This document shows positions 9,126 through 18,195 of a DNA stretch of 64,000 nt, one piece after another. Position 1 is the stretch's first letter, and every line of letters begins with the position of its first letter. The stretch covers positions 22,284 to 86,283 of the forward strand of contig VXME01000110.1 in assembly GCA_009861545.1 (NCBI GenBank). Reading direction: 5' to 3'. The notes below the pieces were generated by a model. That model made no database searches and was not told the DNA's origin. It worked only from the letters and a program-made list of their open reading frames with translations. The stretch comes from Acidobacteriota bacterium (GTDB lineage Bacteria > Acidobacteriota > Vicinamibacteria > Vicinamibacterales > UBA8438). A program made the translations under genes and the position numbers.

Positions 9126-10616
9126 TCAAGCGCCCGGCCGCACGACCTTGACGACGTCCCCGGGCAACGGCTGCTCGTTCACCGGATAGCCGTTCATGAT
9201 CGCGAGCGTGGCGGCCGAGACAATCTCGTCTCCGACCCGCTGCGCGATGCGCTGCCACGTGTCCCCGTCCTGCACGTGGTAGAGGGCGAGCCGATTGGGC
9301 CGGATCCTCTCCGCCTCGTCGCGGCTGATCTGCCGAAACGAATGAATGCTGTCGTGCGCATCGCGCTCGATGAGCCGGAAGCCGTCCGCGTCGGCGAAGG
9401 CGCCGAACAGGTACACCGAAGAGCCGGAACGTATGAACGCGACCCGCGCGATCATGGGGCCCACCCCGCGGACGTCCTGCGTGTAGGTGCCGATGTAGGC
9501 GTCGAGGCCGTTGATCCGGGTCGTCGTCGCCTGCACCTCGACGAAGCCGGCGCCGCGCATCTCGCGCTCGGCGAACCGCTGGAGGTCGTAGCCCGTTTCC
9601 TGCGCGATCTGCAGCAGCATGTACCGCTCCTGCCCGGGCTCGCGCGCGATGACCATCTCGGCGCCGTTGTGCACCTCCCAGCCGGGGGGAAACGCAAGCG
9701 CGAAGCGGAGGGCCGGGTGCAGGAACTCCCGGCCGCGGACGACGCCCTGCTCGGGGTTGTCGCCATAGACGATGCCGTCCACGCGGGCCAGGTACCCCGC
9801 GCGGTCGACGCGAAGCGCGGACAGGTCGCTCGTGTCCGCAAGCAGGGTCTCGACGGTGCCGGCAACGCCGGCGACGCGGTCGGCCGGCTCCGGATGGGTG
9901 GCGAGCCAGTTGGGGGTCCCTCGGCGGTCGGTCGTGTCCGCGATACGCCCCAGCGTCGTCAGCATGTCTCCGACGCCGTGCGGGTCCCAGCCGGAGGCGA
10001 CGGCGTACTCGGCGCCGAGACGATCCGCCTGCCGTTCGTCGTCGCGCCCGAATTTCAGGAACAGCAACCCCAGTCCCTGCCCCGCGGCGTCGCCGACTCC
10101 GGGTGCTCCGTACCGGGGACGCATGGCCGGAACGAAGATCTGACCGAGAAGCAACCCCATCTGGGCCCCGGCGGCGCGGCTGTACGCCTGCACCGAGTGG
10201 CGGGCCGTCACGTGGCCGATCTCGTGGCCGAGCACGCCGGCCAGCTCCGCCTCGTCGTTCAGGTACGCCAGCAGGCCGCGCGTCAGATAGATGTAACCGC
10301 CCGGCACGGCGAACGCGTTCACGACCGGCGAATCGATGACCGCGAACTGCCACGGCAGGTCCGGGCGATGCGATACCGCGGCCAGCTCGTTGCCCACCCT
10401 CGCGATGTACTCCTGCAGCGCCGCATCTTCATAGACGCCCATCTCGCTGCGGATCTGCGCGTCGGCCGAGCGGCCCAGATCGGCCTCCTGCGACTCGCTC
10501 ATGAAGACGAGCTCGCGGCTCCCGGTGACCGGGTTCGTGGCGCAGGCCGCGGCCACACCCGCGAGCAGAACCGCGGCGAGCAGCCGTCCGGCGCGTGACT
10601 GAAGCAGATAAGCCAT
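9126..10616 (-). CDS. M48 family metallopeptidase with C-terminal LysM domain (lipoprotein-like signal)
   Basis: HEIGHVTARH zinc motif and a C-terminal YHVQDGDTWQRIAQRV...GDVVKVV LysM-like segment. Start placed at ATG 10616 (MAYLLQSRAGRLLAAVLLAGVAAACA, lipobox-like); the track ORF extends to 10688. Confidence 0.8.
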   Translation of the reverse strand: MAYLLQSRAGRLLAAVLLAGVAAACATNPVTGSRELVFMSESQEADLGRSADAQIRSEMGVYEDAALQEYIARVGNELAAVSHRPDLPWQFAVIDSPVVNAFAVPGGYIYLTRGLLAYLNDEAELAGVLGHEIGHVTARHSVQAYSRAAGAQMGLLLGQIFVPAMRPRYGAPGVGDAAGQGLGLLFLKFGRDDERQADRLGAEYAVASGWDPHGVGDMLTTLGRIADTTDRRGTPNWLATHPEPADRVAGVAGTVETLLADTSDLSALRVDRAGYLARVDGIVYGDNPEQGVVRGREFLHPALRFALAFPPGWEVHNGAEMVIAREPGQERYMLLQIAQETGYDLQRFAEREMRGAGFVEVQATTTRINGLDAYIGTYTQDVRGVGPMIARVAFIRSGSSVYLFGAFADADGFRLIERDAHDSIHSFRQISRDEAERIRPNRLALYHVQDGDTWQRIAQRVGDEIVSAATLAIMNGYPVNEQPLPGDVVKVVRPGA

Positions 10617-10737
10617 GCCGTCCACCTCCGCGAGGCGTGGAAATCGGGAGCGGTGCCCGAGCTCCGGACCGCGCACCGTCCTTCGCACCAGCGTACCACG
10701 GGCGGCCGGGACCCGGCGGCGGACCGCGGCGCCGGGA

Positions 10738-11661
10738 TCAGGCTACCGGCACGCGCAGGTGGTCCAGCGCCCGGCGGATCTCCCCGGTCGCGCCCTCGCT
10801 CGCAGGGCGGAGCGGGGGGCAGGGATCGCCGCCGGTGAAACCGAGCAGCGAGACGGCCGCCTTGAGGCCCGGCACGCCGTACCTCGACGTCACCAGGCCC
10901 GCGAGCGGCGTCAGGCGACGCTGGAGATCGCGCGCCTCGTCGAGACGGCCGGCACGGACCAGGTCGTACAGGTCGACGCACAGGTCGGGCACGACCGAGG
11001 CGAGAGCCAGAATCCCGCCGGCGGCGCCCACCAGCAGGCTGGCATAGAACACCGGCGCCGACCCCGCCATGACCGCGAAGTCGTCGGGCGTGCCGTCGAT
11101 GAGCGCGGTCAGGAACTTGAGGTCGCTTCCCGACTCCTTCATGCCGACGATGTTGGGGTGCTCGGCCAGCCTCGCGACCGCGTCCACGCCCAGCGTGACG
11201 CCGGTCAGCGCCGTGTAGTTGTAGAGCACCACCGAAACCGGCGACGCGTCCGCCACCGCCGTGTAGTGCGCCACGAACGCGTCGGACGTCAGCAGCGGCT
11301 TGAAGTACGAAGGGGTTCGGACCAGCACCGCGTCGGCCCCCAAGTCGGCCGCGCGCCGCGAGGCGCCGATGGCGGCGGCGGTCGACTCGCGTCCGGTGCC
11401 GGCGAGGCAGAGCCGGCCGCTCGGCACCGCGTCGCGCGCGGCCGCGATCGCCGCGTCCGATTCCGCTTCGTCGATCAGGGGCGCCTCGCCGTTCGAGCCG
11501 AGCACCACGACGCCGCGGATGCGGGTCGCCATCCAGCGCTCGACGTTCGACGCCATCGCCGCGACGTCGACCCGGCCGTCCTTGAAGGGGGTTGGAATGG
11601 GCGGAAACACGCCATCTATATGCACGGATGGTGTTGTAGCCGCGCCGCCGCACGGTGTCAA
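10738..11661 (-). CDS. dihydrodipicolinate synthase/N-acetylneuraminate lyase family protein
   Basis: PPIPTPF...VLGSNGEAPLIDEAE...GTGRESTAAAI...ADAVLVRTPSYFKP and MKESGSD (Schiff-base lysine context) are typical of the DapA-like class I aldolase family. The start is uncertain. Confidence 0.75.
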   Translation of the reverse strand: MTPCGGAATTPSVHIDGVFPPIPTPFKDGRVDVAAMASNVERWMATRIRGVVVLGSNGEAPLIDEAESDAAIAAARDAVPSGRLCLAGTGRESTAAAIGASRRAADLGADAVLVRTPSYFKPLLTSDAFVAHYTAVADASPVSVVLYNYTALTGVTLGVDAVARLAEHPNIVGMKESGSDLKFLTALIDGTPDDFAVMAGSAPVFYASLLVGAAGGILALASVVPDLCVDLYDLVRAGRLDEARDLQRRLTPLAGLVTSRYGVPGLKAAVSLLGFTGGDPCPPLRPASEGATGEIRRALDHLRVPVA

Positions 11662-11666
11662 GCGCA

Positions 11667-11750
11667 GCGCAGGAGTCTCGCGCCAGCGAAACTCCCAACG
11701 CGACCGCCGCGCAGGAGTTTCGCGCCAGCGAAACTCCCAACGCGACCGCA
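11667..11750. repeat. tandem 42-bp direct repeat (2 copies), each containing a 10-bp-stem hairpin
   Basis: Copy 1 (11667-11708) is gcgcaggagtCtcgcgccagcgaaactcccaacgcgaccgcC. Copy 2 (11709-11750) differs at 2 positions. Core palindrome: GGAGTTTCGC-GCCA-GCGAAACTCC. A third small palindrome, CGCGACC-gca-GGTCGCG, lies at 11741-11757. Confidence 0.85.
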
Positions 11751-11760
11751 GGTCGCGCAG

Positions 11761-14118
11761 TCAGCGCAGGATGTCGAACAGGTAGCTGTATTTCACCGTC
11801 AGGCTGCGGCCGGACCGGATGATGAAGTCGCCGCGCTCGAGGCCCAGCGGCTGGATGTCGTTGTACACGACGAACAGCCCGGTGTTGGCGTCCGACAGCA
11901 GGCCGAACCGCAGGTTCGACGACCAGAGGTTGGCCCGGTCGTTGTACTGCACGAGCGCCTGGAAGAACATGCGGGTGGAGAACGAATAGGACGTCCGCAG
12001 GCGGATCAGGTTGGTCGTGAAGTGCCCGAGCGGCAGGTCCAGGTCGTTGTAGCTCCACTCGAGCAACGCGTTGAAGGTCTCGCCGGCGCGCGCGGCGATG
12101 GACGGGGTGATGGTGACGCGCTGGCCGCCGAACAGGCCGCCGATGATGGCGTTGAAGTTGCCGCTCACCGGCGCGCCGAGGTTCGTGTTCCCGGCGATCT
12201 GCGCCTCGCTGTGATCGTACCGCCCAGGCGGCACGATGACCCCCGGGAAGATCTCGAACGGCTCGAAGACCCCTTCCCGGGTGACGTTCACGCCGGTGTG
12301 GATCTCGTAGCCGTTGCGCCACTCGATGTGGTTGTCGATGTGGGTGAACTGCGTCTCCTGCCAACCGGTGTGGAAGTCGAAGATGGTGAAGTGGGAGATG
12401 TGGGGACGGAACTCGTGGACGCCCCAGAAGTCGTCGGGCCGCAGGGTGGAGAACACGCTGCCGTTCATCCGGCGGTAGCTCCGCCGGGCGAGGAACCCGA
12501 CCTCGGGGTTGAATTCGGGCGCGACCTCCGTATAGCCGAGACTCAGGCGCAGGGTCTGCGACTGGTGCTGCGCGCTGAAGGCGTAGGCGTGGTTGTCGTC
12601 CCCCGGCCGCCCGGGGCTGTCGGTCTGCGAGACGAATCCGGCGAGGGTGCCGCCCTCGCCGATGCCCCAGCGCCCGTCGAGCGCGTAGGCCCGGTTGTAG
12701 TCCTGATCCCCCGCCAGCGCCCCGCTCGCCTGGCGGTTGACGAACATCGCGCCGACGTTGGAACGGTTCGCCATATCCTGGCGGACGCGGCCCACCGTGA
12801 AGTTCTGCTGCGGCGTGCCGGTCGAGTCGACGGCGCCGGTCTGCATGTTCAGGAAGCCGACGTTGGTGTTGTTCCCGACCCTGCCGGAGAGCCGTCCGCC
12901 GCCGAGAATGGGAATCTGCTCGCCGCTCTCGCCGAGGCCGATGCGCCGGCTGAAGAAAATGTCGACGGCCCCGGACTGGCCCACCGAGAACAGCCCCGCG
13001 TTCTCCAGGAAGAAGGGCCGCTTCTCGGGAAAGAACAGCGTGAACCGGTCGAGGTTGACCTGCTCGTCGTCCACCTCCACCTGCGCGAAGTCCGTGTTGA
13101 TGGTGGCGTCGAGGGTCATGCTCGGCGTGATGCTGTACTTCAGATCGCCGCCGACGGCGCCGGTGCGGTCGGTGCGCCGCACCTCGCTGCTGTAGGCCGC
13201 GTCTCCGAGGAGGTACGGCATCAACTGCAGGTTCCGCTGGGCCGGAACGCTGAGGCCCTGGAGCTCGCCGGCCAACGTCAGGCGGTTGAGGGTGAACTGC
13301 CGCGGCAACGGCGACCAGTACGCCTGCTCGTTGTTGAAGCGGATGTTGCGCTGGAAGTTCATGCCCCAGGTCTGCACGTCGGCGGGCGGATAGCGCAGCG
13401 TGCGGAACGGGATGGCGATCTCGGCCGTCCAGCCGACGTCGGTGATGCTCGTGGCCACTTGCCACGCGCCGTCCCAGTTCACGTTCAGGCCGCCGCCCGA
13501 TCCGCGCTGCTGCCGGCTGTTGCTCGGCCGTCCGCTCCCGCCGCCGCCGAAACGGCCGCTCCCCTGCCCCTCGTTCGTCAGTTGCCCGTCGTACTCGACG
13601 CCGGCCGGATTGGTCCCGAAGACGAAGCCGTTGAGGCCGTCGTGGTAGGTGTCGAGGATGAGCCGGAAGCTGTCGGTCTCGGTCAGGTCGGAGTCGCGGC
13701 GGCTGTCGGCCACGATGATCGTGGACGGGTCGTCCGTATAGCAGACGACGCCGAAATACAGCGTGTCCTCCGTGTAGACGATGCGTACCTCGGTCCGCTC
13801 CGAGGCGGGCCGCCCCTCGAAGGGACGGCTCTGCACGAAGCCGGTCGCCAGCCGCGCGTCCCCGTAGGCCGGGTCGGCCAGTACATCGCCGTCGACCGCC
13901 GGCGCCTCCCCGACGCGCAGCGCGAACGCGATCGGGGCGCCGGTCGCGGTGAGTGCGCGGGCCTCGAGGGCGGAGAACGTCTGCGCGCCGGCCTCCGCCG
14001 GCTCGCCGCCGCCGTTGCCGCTGGTAGACTGCCCGGCCGCCCCCAGCGGCAGCCCGGCGGCCAGAATCACGACGGCGATGGAGCGGCCGATGCGGAGCCG
14101 GTGCTGGTGATTGCTCAT
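11761..14118 (-). CDS. CBM9-like + DUF5916-like exported protein
   Basis: Signal peptide is present (RSIAVVILAAGLPLGAAGQ). The N-terminal block VDGDVLADPAYGDA...FVQSRPFEGRPASERTEVRIVYTEDTLYFGVVCYTDDP...RRDSDLTETDSFRLILDTYHD...GFVFGTNPAGVEYDG matches my memory of the carbohydrate-binding family 9 / DUF5916 architecture. The rest is beta-rich. Confidence 0.65.
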   Translation of the reverse strand: MSNHQHRLRIGRSIAVVILAAGLPLGAAGQSTSGNGGGEPAEAGAQTFSALEARALTATGAPIAFALRVGEAPAVDGDVLADPAYGDARLATGFVQSRPFEGRPASERTEVRIVYTEDTLYFGVVCYTDDPSTIIVADSRRDSDLTETDSFRLILDTYHDGLNGFVFGTNPAGVEYDGQLTNEGQGSGRFGGGGSGRPSNSRQQRGSGGGLNVNWDGAWQVATSITDVGWTAEIAIPFRTLRYPPADVQTWGMNFQRNIRFNNEQAYWSPLPRQFTLNRLTLAGELQGLSVPAQRNLQLMPYLLGDAAYSSEVRRTDRTGAVGGDLKYSITPSMTLDATINTDFAQVEVDDEQVNLDRFTLFFPEKRPFFLENAGLFSVGQSGAVDIFFSRRIGLGESGEQIPILGGGRLSGRVGNNTNVGFLNMQTGAVDSTGTPQQNFTVGRVRQDMANRSNVGAMFVNRQASGALAGDQDYNRAYALDGRWGIGEGGTLAGFVSQTDSPGRPGDDNHAYAFSAQHQSQTLRLSLGYTEVAPEFNPEVGFLARRSYRRMNGSVFSTLRPDDFWGVHEFRPHISHFTIFDFHTGWQETQFTHIDNHIEWRNGYEIHTGVNVTREGVFEPFEIFPGVIVPPGRYDHSEAQIAGNTNLGAPVSGNFNAIIGGLFGGQRVTITPSIAARAGETFNALLEWSYNDLDLPLGHFTTNLIRLRTSYSFSTRMFFQALVQYNDRANLWSSNLRFGLLSDANTGLFVVYNDIQPLGLERGDFIIRSGRSLTVKYSYLFDILR

Positions 14119-14332
14119 GAGCTGCGTGCCTTGGACGACACGTCGATTCTAGCCGTCTTTCGACGGCTTCCGGAGCCGGACCGTTTACCCCTGCCCGTTC
14201 CCTGCGCCGTCGGACGTTGCCAATCCGACCTCGCCGGCCACCGCCCGGAGCGTCCGCATCGCCTTGACCGGGCCTCCACGTTCCGCGCAACATCGTGGTC
14301 CTCGACGTGGAGCCGGATCGAATCGTGACGCC

Positions 14333-15106
14333 ATGCGCATCGTGAGCTGGAACGTCAACGGCCTGCGGGCCTGCGCCCGGAAGGGCTTCCTCCGCTTCCT
14401 GGAAGACGCCGAGGCCGATGTCGTCGGGATCCAGGAGGTGCGCGCCTTCGAGCACCAGCTCGAGCCGGCGGTGCGCGCGCCGCTCGGCTGGCATGCGACC
14501 TTCTCTCCTGCCGAGCGGGCCGGCTACAGCGGGGTCGCGATCTACTCCCGCAAGCCGCCCGACCGCGTCGAGACGTCCCTCGACGAACCGCGTTTCGACG
14601 CCGAGGGCCGCCTGGCCATCGCCCGCTTCGGGCGACTCTGCGTGGCGTCGGTCTACTTCCCCAAGGGCAGCGGGAGAGACCGCGACAACCGTCGCGTGCC
14701 CTACAAGCTCGACTTCTACGCGGCGCTCTTCGAACGCCTGCAGGCGCTACGGCGCCGCGGGCCGGTGTTCGTCGTCGGCGACTACAACACGGCGCGCGCG
14801 CCGATCGATCTCGCACGGCCCGCCGCCAACACGAAGACCAGCGGCTTCCTGCCGGAGGAGCGGGCGGAGCTGACGCGCTGGGTCGACGCGGGCTGGGTGG
14901 ACACGTTCCGCGCCCTCCATCCCGGCGAGGCGGGCCACTACACGTGGTGGCGGCAGTGGGGCGGCGCCCGCGAGAACAACGTCGGATGGCGCATCGACTA
15001 CGTGCTGGCGTCGCCGTCCGCGGCGCGGCGGGTGACCAGCGCCTTCATCTGGCCCGCGGTGACCGGATCCGATCATTGCCCGGTCGGCGTCGATCTGACG
15101 CCCTGA
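14333..15106 (+). CDS. xth: exodeoxyribonuclease III
   Basis: MRIVSWNVNGLRA...DVVGIQE...GDYNTA...WRIDYVL...SDHCPV are canonical EEP/ExoIII motifs. Start at ATG 14333 inside track ORF 14264..15106. Confidence 0.9.
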   Translation: MRIVSWNVNGLRACARKGFLRFLEDAEADVVGIQEVRAFEHQLEPAVRAPLGWHATFSPAERAGYSGVAIYSRKPPDRVETSLDEPRFDAEGRLAIARFGRLCVASVYFPKGSGRDRDNRRVPYKLDFYAALFERLQALRRRGPVFVVGDYNTARAPIDLARPAANTKTSGFLPEERAELTRWVDAGWVDTFRALHPGEAGHYTWWRQWGGARENNVGWRIDYVLASPSAARRVTSAFIWPAVTGSDHCPVGVDLTP

Positions 15107-15251
15107 CCACGAGGCAGCCCCGCAATCGGACGCGCCCGAGACGCCCGCCGCCGCGGCCCCTGTTGCCCGCCCGAGTTCAGGCAAACTTCAGAAATCGCCG
15201 ACCGGCTGCCTCTTGCGGCTTCCGCGCGGTCTCCGCTATGGTCGAAGCTCG

Positions 15252-15554
15252 ATGATCACAGGAGGACCCATGCACGCAGGGCTCGCGCGACGCAGCCTTG
15301 GCCGGCGCATCCGGATCGCCGTTCTGGCGATGGCGCTGGTCGGTGCTGCATCCACCGCGACCGCCCGGCACGAGGAGCACGCAGCCGACCAGGACTGCGC
15401 GGTCTGCCAGTTCCGACACCAGCCCGCCGCACTCTCCGAGTCCGTGCAAGTCGGGTTCGCGGACGTCCCGAAGCCGTTCGAGCCGGCTCCCGCCGCCGCA
15501 TGGATCGCATCCGGCCACACCCGCCGTCTCCCGGCCCGCGCCCCACCCGCCTGA
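15252..15554 (+). CDS. small exported Cys/His protein, paralog P1 (DUF2946-like, ends ARAPPA)
   Basis: 100 aa with an N-terminal hydrophobic signal/anchor, then HEEHAADQDCAVCQFRH and a C-terminal WIASGHTRRLPARAPPA. It is a close paralog of 27771..28076. The alternative start 15270 has AGGAGG upstream. Confidence 0.7.
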   Translation: MITGGPMHAGLARRSLGRRIRIAVLAMALVGAASTATARHEEHAADQDCAVCQFRHQPAALSESVQVGFADVPKPFEPAPAAAWIASGHTRRLPARAPPA

Positions 15555-15788
15555 TTCCCGTCAACGCCGCAACCGTCGGGCGCGCAGCCATCGCCGCCGA
15601 GCCGGCGAGCCCGAGGTACATGTACGTGCGTCGCGGCGTGAGCGCCCTGCAATCCGACGCCGTTCAGGACGACGACGGCGTTCGGAACGTCTCCCGAGCA
15701 GTGCAGGGGGGCGAGCGCGGGCATGGCGTTTCACGCCACCGCGCCGCACAGGGTAGACGAAACCGTTGAGAACTTGGGGAGGGAAACG

Positions 15789-18092
15789 ATGTACCGATTG
15801 ATTGCGACATGTCTCGTGGGAACCGTGGCCGCGGCCGCCCTGGCCGGTACGACGGCCTCGGCCCAGGAGGCCGGCGCCGTACGCGGTACGGTGACGTTGG
15901 AAGAGAACGGGGAGCCCGTCCACGGCGCGGTGATCCTCGTGGTCGGCTCGGGCGCGTTCGCGCTGACCGACGAACAGGGAATGTTCGAGATCGACAACAT
16001 ACCCGCGGGCTCGTACGACGTCCTCGCGCAACGCGAGCACCTGACGGCGGGGCGGCAGTCGGTGACTGTCGACCCCGATGGGCCGGCGACGGTGGACTTC
16101 GTGCTCGGGCTCTCCCCGGTCCACGAGGACGTGACCGTCACCGCCTCGGTGGGCGGCACCGAGACGACATTCGAAGCCTTCAACGCCGTCACCACGATGG
16201 ACTCGTTCGACATCACCAGGGAGTCGGCCGGCAGCCTCGGCGACGCGCTCCGGAACGAGCCGGGGATCGCCAGCCGCAGCTTCGGCCCCGGGTCGAGCCG
16301 GCCGATCATCCGCGGCTTCGACGGCGACCGCGTGCTCATTCTCGATGACGGGCTCCGCACGGGCGACCTTTCCAGCCAGTCGGGCGATCACGGCGTGACG
16401 ATCGACCCGAACGGCGCCGAGCGCATCGAGATCGTGCGGGGACCGGCGACCCTGCTCTACGGGTCGAACGCGGTCGGCGGCCTCGTCAACATCATCACCC
16501 CGCACGAGAGCTACCGCGAGTCGCTCTTCGAGGGCGCGCGGGCGCAGTTCGGCACCAACGTGGGCAGCGCGAACGCCGAGGCGGGCACCACCGCCAGCCT
16601 GCAGTACTCGCAGAACAACGTGCTCGTCTGGGGCGGCGGAAGCATGCGGCGCACGGATGACTACGCCACGCCCGAGGGAGCCGTCGAGAATTCCGCCTCC
16701 GAGCTGACGAACGCGCGGGCCGGCCTCGGCTGGTTCGGCGACCGGGCCTTCGCCAGCGGCGGGCTCACGCTGGAGGACGGCCGCTACGGGGTGCCGTTCG
16801 CGGACGAGTTTCACCAGGCGCACGGCGTACACGCAGGGGAAGGTCCCAGGGAGACGGCGATCGACCTCGCGTCGCGCCGCCGCGTCGGGCGCTTCGACAT
16901 GGGCCTCCGCAACCTCGCCAACACCTTCATCGAGGGAGTGCGCGTGGCCCTGAACGTGATCGACTGGAAACACGACGAGCTGGAGATCGAGGACGGCGTC
17001 GAGCGCATCGGCACCCGGTTCACGAACCGGACCTACATCATGCGGGCCGACGTCGATCAGCGGCAGACCGAGCGGCTCTCGGGCAGGTTCGGGGCCTGGG
17101 CCCAGCTCCGCGATTTCGAGGCGGTGGGCGTCGAGGCGCTCGCGCCCCGGACCGACCAGACATCCTTCGCCGCGTTCGCCTACGAAGAGGTCGACTTCCA
17201 ACGTACCCGGCTGCAGTTCGGCGGGCGCGTCGAGCAGAACGATTACCGGACCGCGGGCCGCATGGTTCCCGACGCCCCCGGCGACGACCACGGTCACTCC
17301 CATGGTCTCGAAGTGCCCGACGCGCCCGATCGGCAGTTCCTCGGCGCGTCAGCCTCGGTGGGCCTGCACACCGACGTCGGCGCCGGCAGCGCTTTCGTCG
17401 CCAACCTCACCCACTCGCACCGCGCGCCGGCGCTCGAGGAGCTCTACAATTTCGGTCCGCACGTCGGCAACCTCGCCTTCGAGATAGGCAACCCGACGCT
17501 CGACGCCGAGACGACGCTCGGCGTCGACGTGAGCTTCCGCCACCAGGCCGGCCGCGTGCGCAGCAACCTGAACGCCTACGTCTACTCCATCGACAACTTC
17601 ATCTTCGGCGACCGCACGGGCGAGGTGGAGGACAACCTGCCGGTCTGGTACTTCATCCAGGGCGACAGCCGCTTCGTCGGCTTCGACGCCAAGAGCAGCG
17701 TGCGATTGGGTGGGAACGCCTGGGCGACGCTCGGCATCGGCTACGTCGATGCGGACCTGACCACGACCGGCGAGCCGCTGCCGCGCATCCCACCGTTGCG
17801 CGGGACCGTGAGCCTCGACGTCCCGTACGGCGGATTCACGTTCGGTCCGCAACTGGAATTCGCGGGGCAGCAGGCCAACGTGTTCCGGGACGAGACGGAG
17901 ACGAACGGCTACTCCATCGTCAACCTGCGAGCGTCCTACGTCTGGCCGCGGCAGCACACGGCGCACATCCTGTCGTTCACCGGCTACAACCTGACGAACG
18001 AGCTCTATCGCAACCACACCTCGTTCATCAAGGATCTGGCCCCCGAGATGGGCCGCGGGGTCCGGGTGAACTACTCGGTGCGGTTCTTCTAG
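15789..18092 (+). CDS. TonB-dependent receptor with CarboxypepD_reg-like N-domain and His-rich loops (TBDR1)
   Basis: Signal peptide, then VRGTVTLEENGEPVHGAVILV...GSYDV (carboxypeptidase regulatory-like). Plug motifs follow (RGFDGDRVLILDDGLR, IEIVRGPATLLYGSNAVGGLVNI), then a beta-barrel ending in F. His-rich inserts: DEFHQAHGVHAGEG and PGDDHGHSHGLEV. RBS GGGGAGGG lies before ATG 15789. Confidence 0.9.
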   Translation: MYRLIATCLVGTVAAAALAGTTASAQEAGAVRGTVTLEENGEPVHGAVILVVGSGAFALTDEQGMFEIDNIPAGSYDVLAQREHLTAGRQSVTVDPDGPATVDFVLGLSPVHEDVTVTASVGGTETTFEAFNAVTTMDSFDITRESAGSLGDALRNEPGIASRSFGPGSSRPIIRGFDGDRVLILDDGLRTGDLSSQSGDHGVTIDPNGAERIEIVRGPATLLYGSNAVGGLVNIITPHESYRESLFEGARAQFGTNVGSANAEAGTTASLQYSQNNVLVWGGGSMRRTDDYATPEGAVENSASELTNARAGLGWFGDRAFASGGLTLEDGRYGVPFADEFHQAHGVHAGEGPRETAIDLASRRRVGRFDMGLRNLANTFIEGVRVALNVIDWKHDELEIEDGVERIGTRFTNRTYIMRADVDQRQTERLSGRFGAWAQLRDFEAVGVEALAPRTDQTSFAAFAYEEVDFQRTRLQFGGRVEQNDYRTAGRMVPDAPGDDHGHSHGLEVPDAPDRQFLGASASVGLHTDVGAGSAFVANLTHSHRAPALEELYNFGPHVGNLAFEIGNPTLDAETTLGVDVSFRHQAGRVRSNLNAYVYSIDNFIFGDRTGEVEDNLPVWYFIQGDSRFVGFDAKSSVRLGGNAWATLGIGYVDADLTTTGEPLPRIPPLRGTVSLDVPYGGFTFGPQLEFAGQQANVFRDETETNGYSIVNLRASYVWPRQHTAHILSFTGYNLTNELYRNHTSFIKDLAPEMGRGVRVNYSVRFF

Positions 18093-18195
18093 GACCTTGC
18101 ACCGCAGAACGCAGCGAAGCGAAGTGCTGAGGCGCAAGGTCATGAAGCGGGGGGGATGGGCCGAAACGCCGAGCCTGCGAGGCGTTTCGGGGCGC
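18093..18195 (+). repeat. ~100-bp intergenic repeat element, copy A (second copy at 49551-49643)
   Basis: Positions 18102-18195 align with 49551-49643 (same orientation) with roughly 10 substitutions plus one indel by my manual alignment. There is an imperfect hairpin gaccttgcaccgcag...ctgaggcgcaaggtc and a perfect hairpin CCGAAACGCC-gagcctgcga-GGCGTTTCGG. Confidence 0.7.

Noticed and set aside
4550-9151. 1533-aa plus-strand ORF spanning uvrA, the propeller gene and the HNH gene
   Set aside because: It is antisense to three well-supported genes. Its composition is Arg/Ala/Gly/Pro-dominated and repetitive, as expected for an open antisense frame in very GC-rich DNA. No recognisable motifs.
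11667-11750. Possible CRISPR array (repeated ~42-bp units)
   Set aside because: There are only two units, directly abutting with no spacers. No cas genes are in the window. I treated it as a tandem hairpin repeat.
10499-14494. 1331-aa minus ORF and the 1237-aa plus ORF (10615..14328) covering the dapA-like and CBM9/DUF5916-like genes
   Set aside because: They overlap or run antisense to genes with clear family motifs and have low-complexity Arg/Gly/Pro-rich translations. These are GC artefacts.
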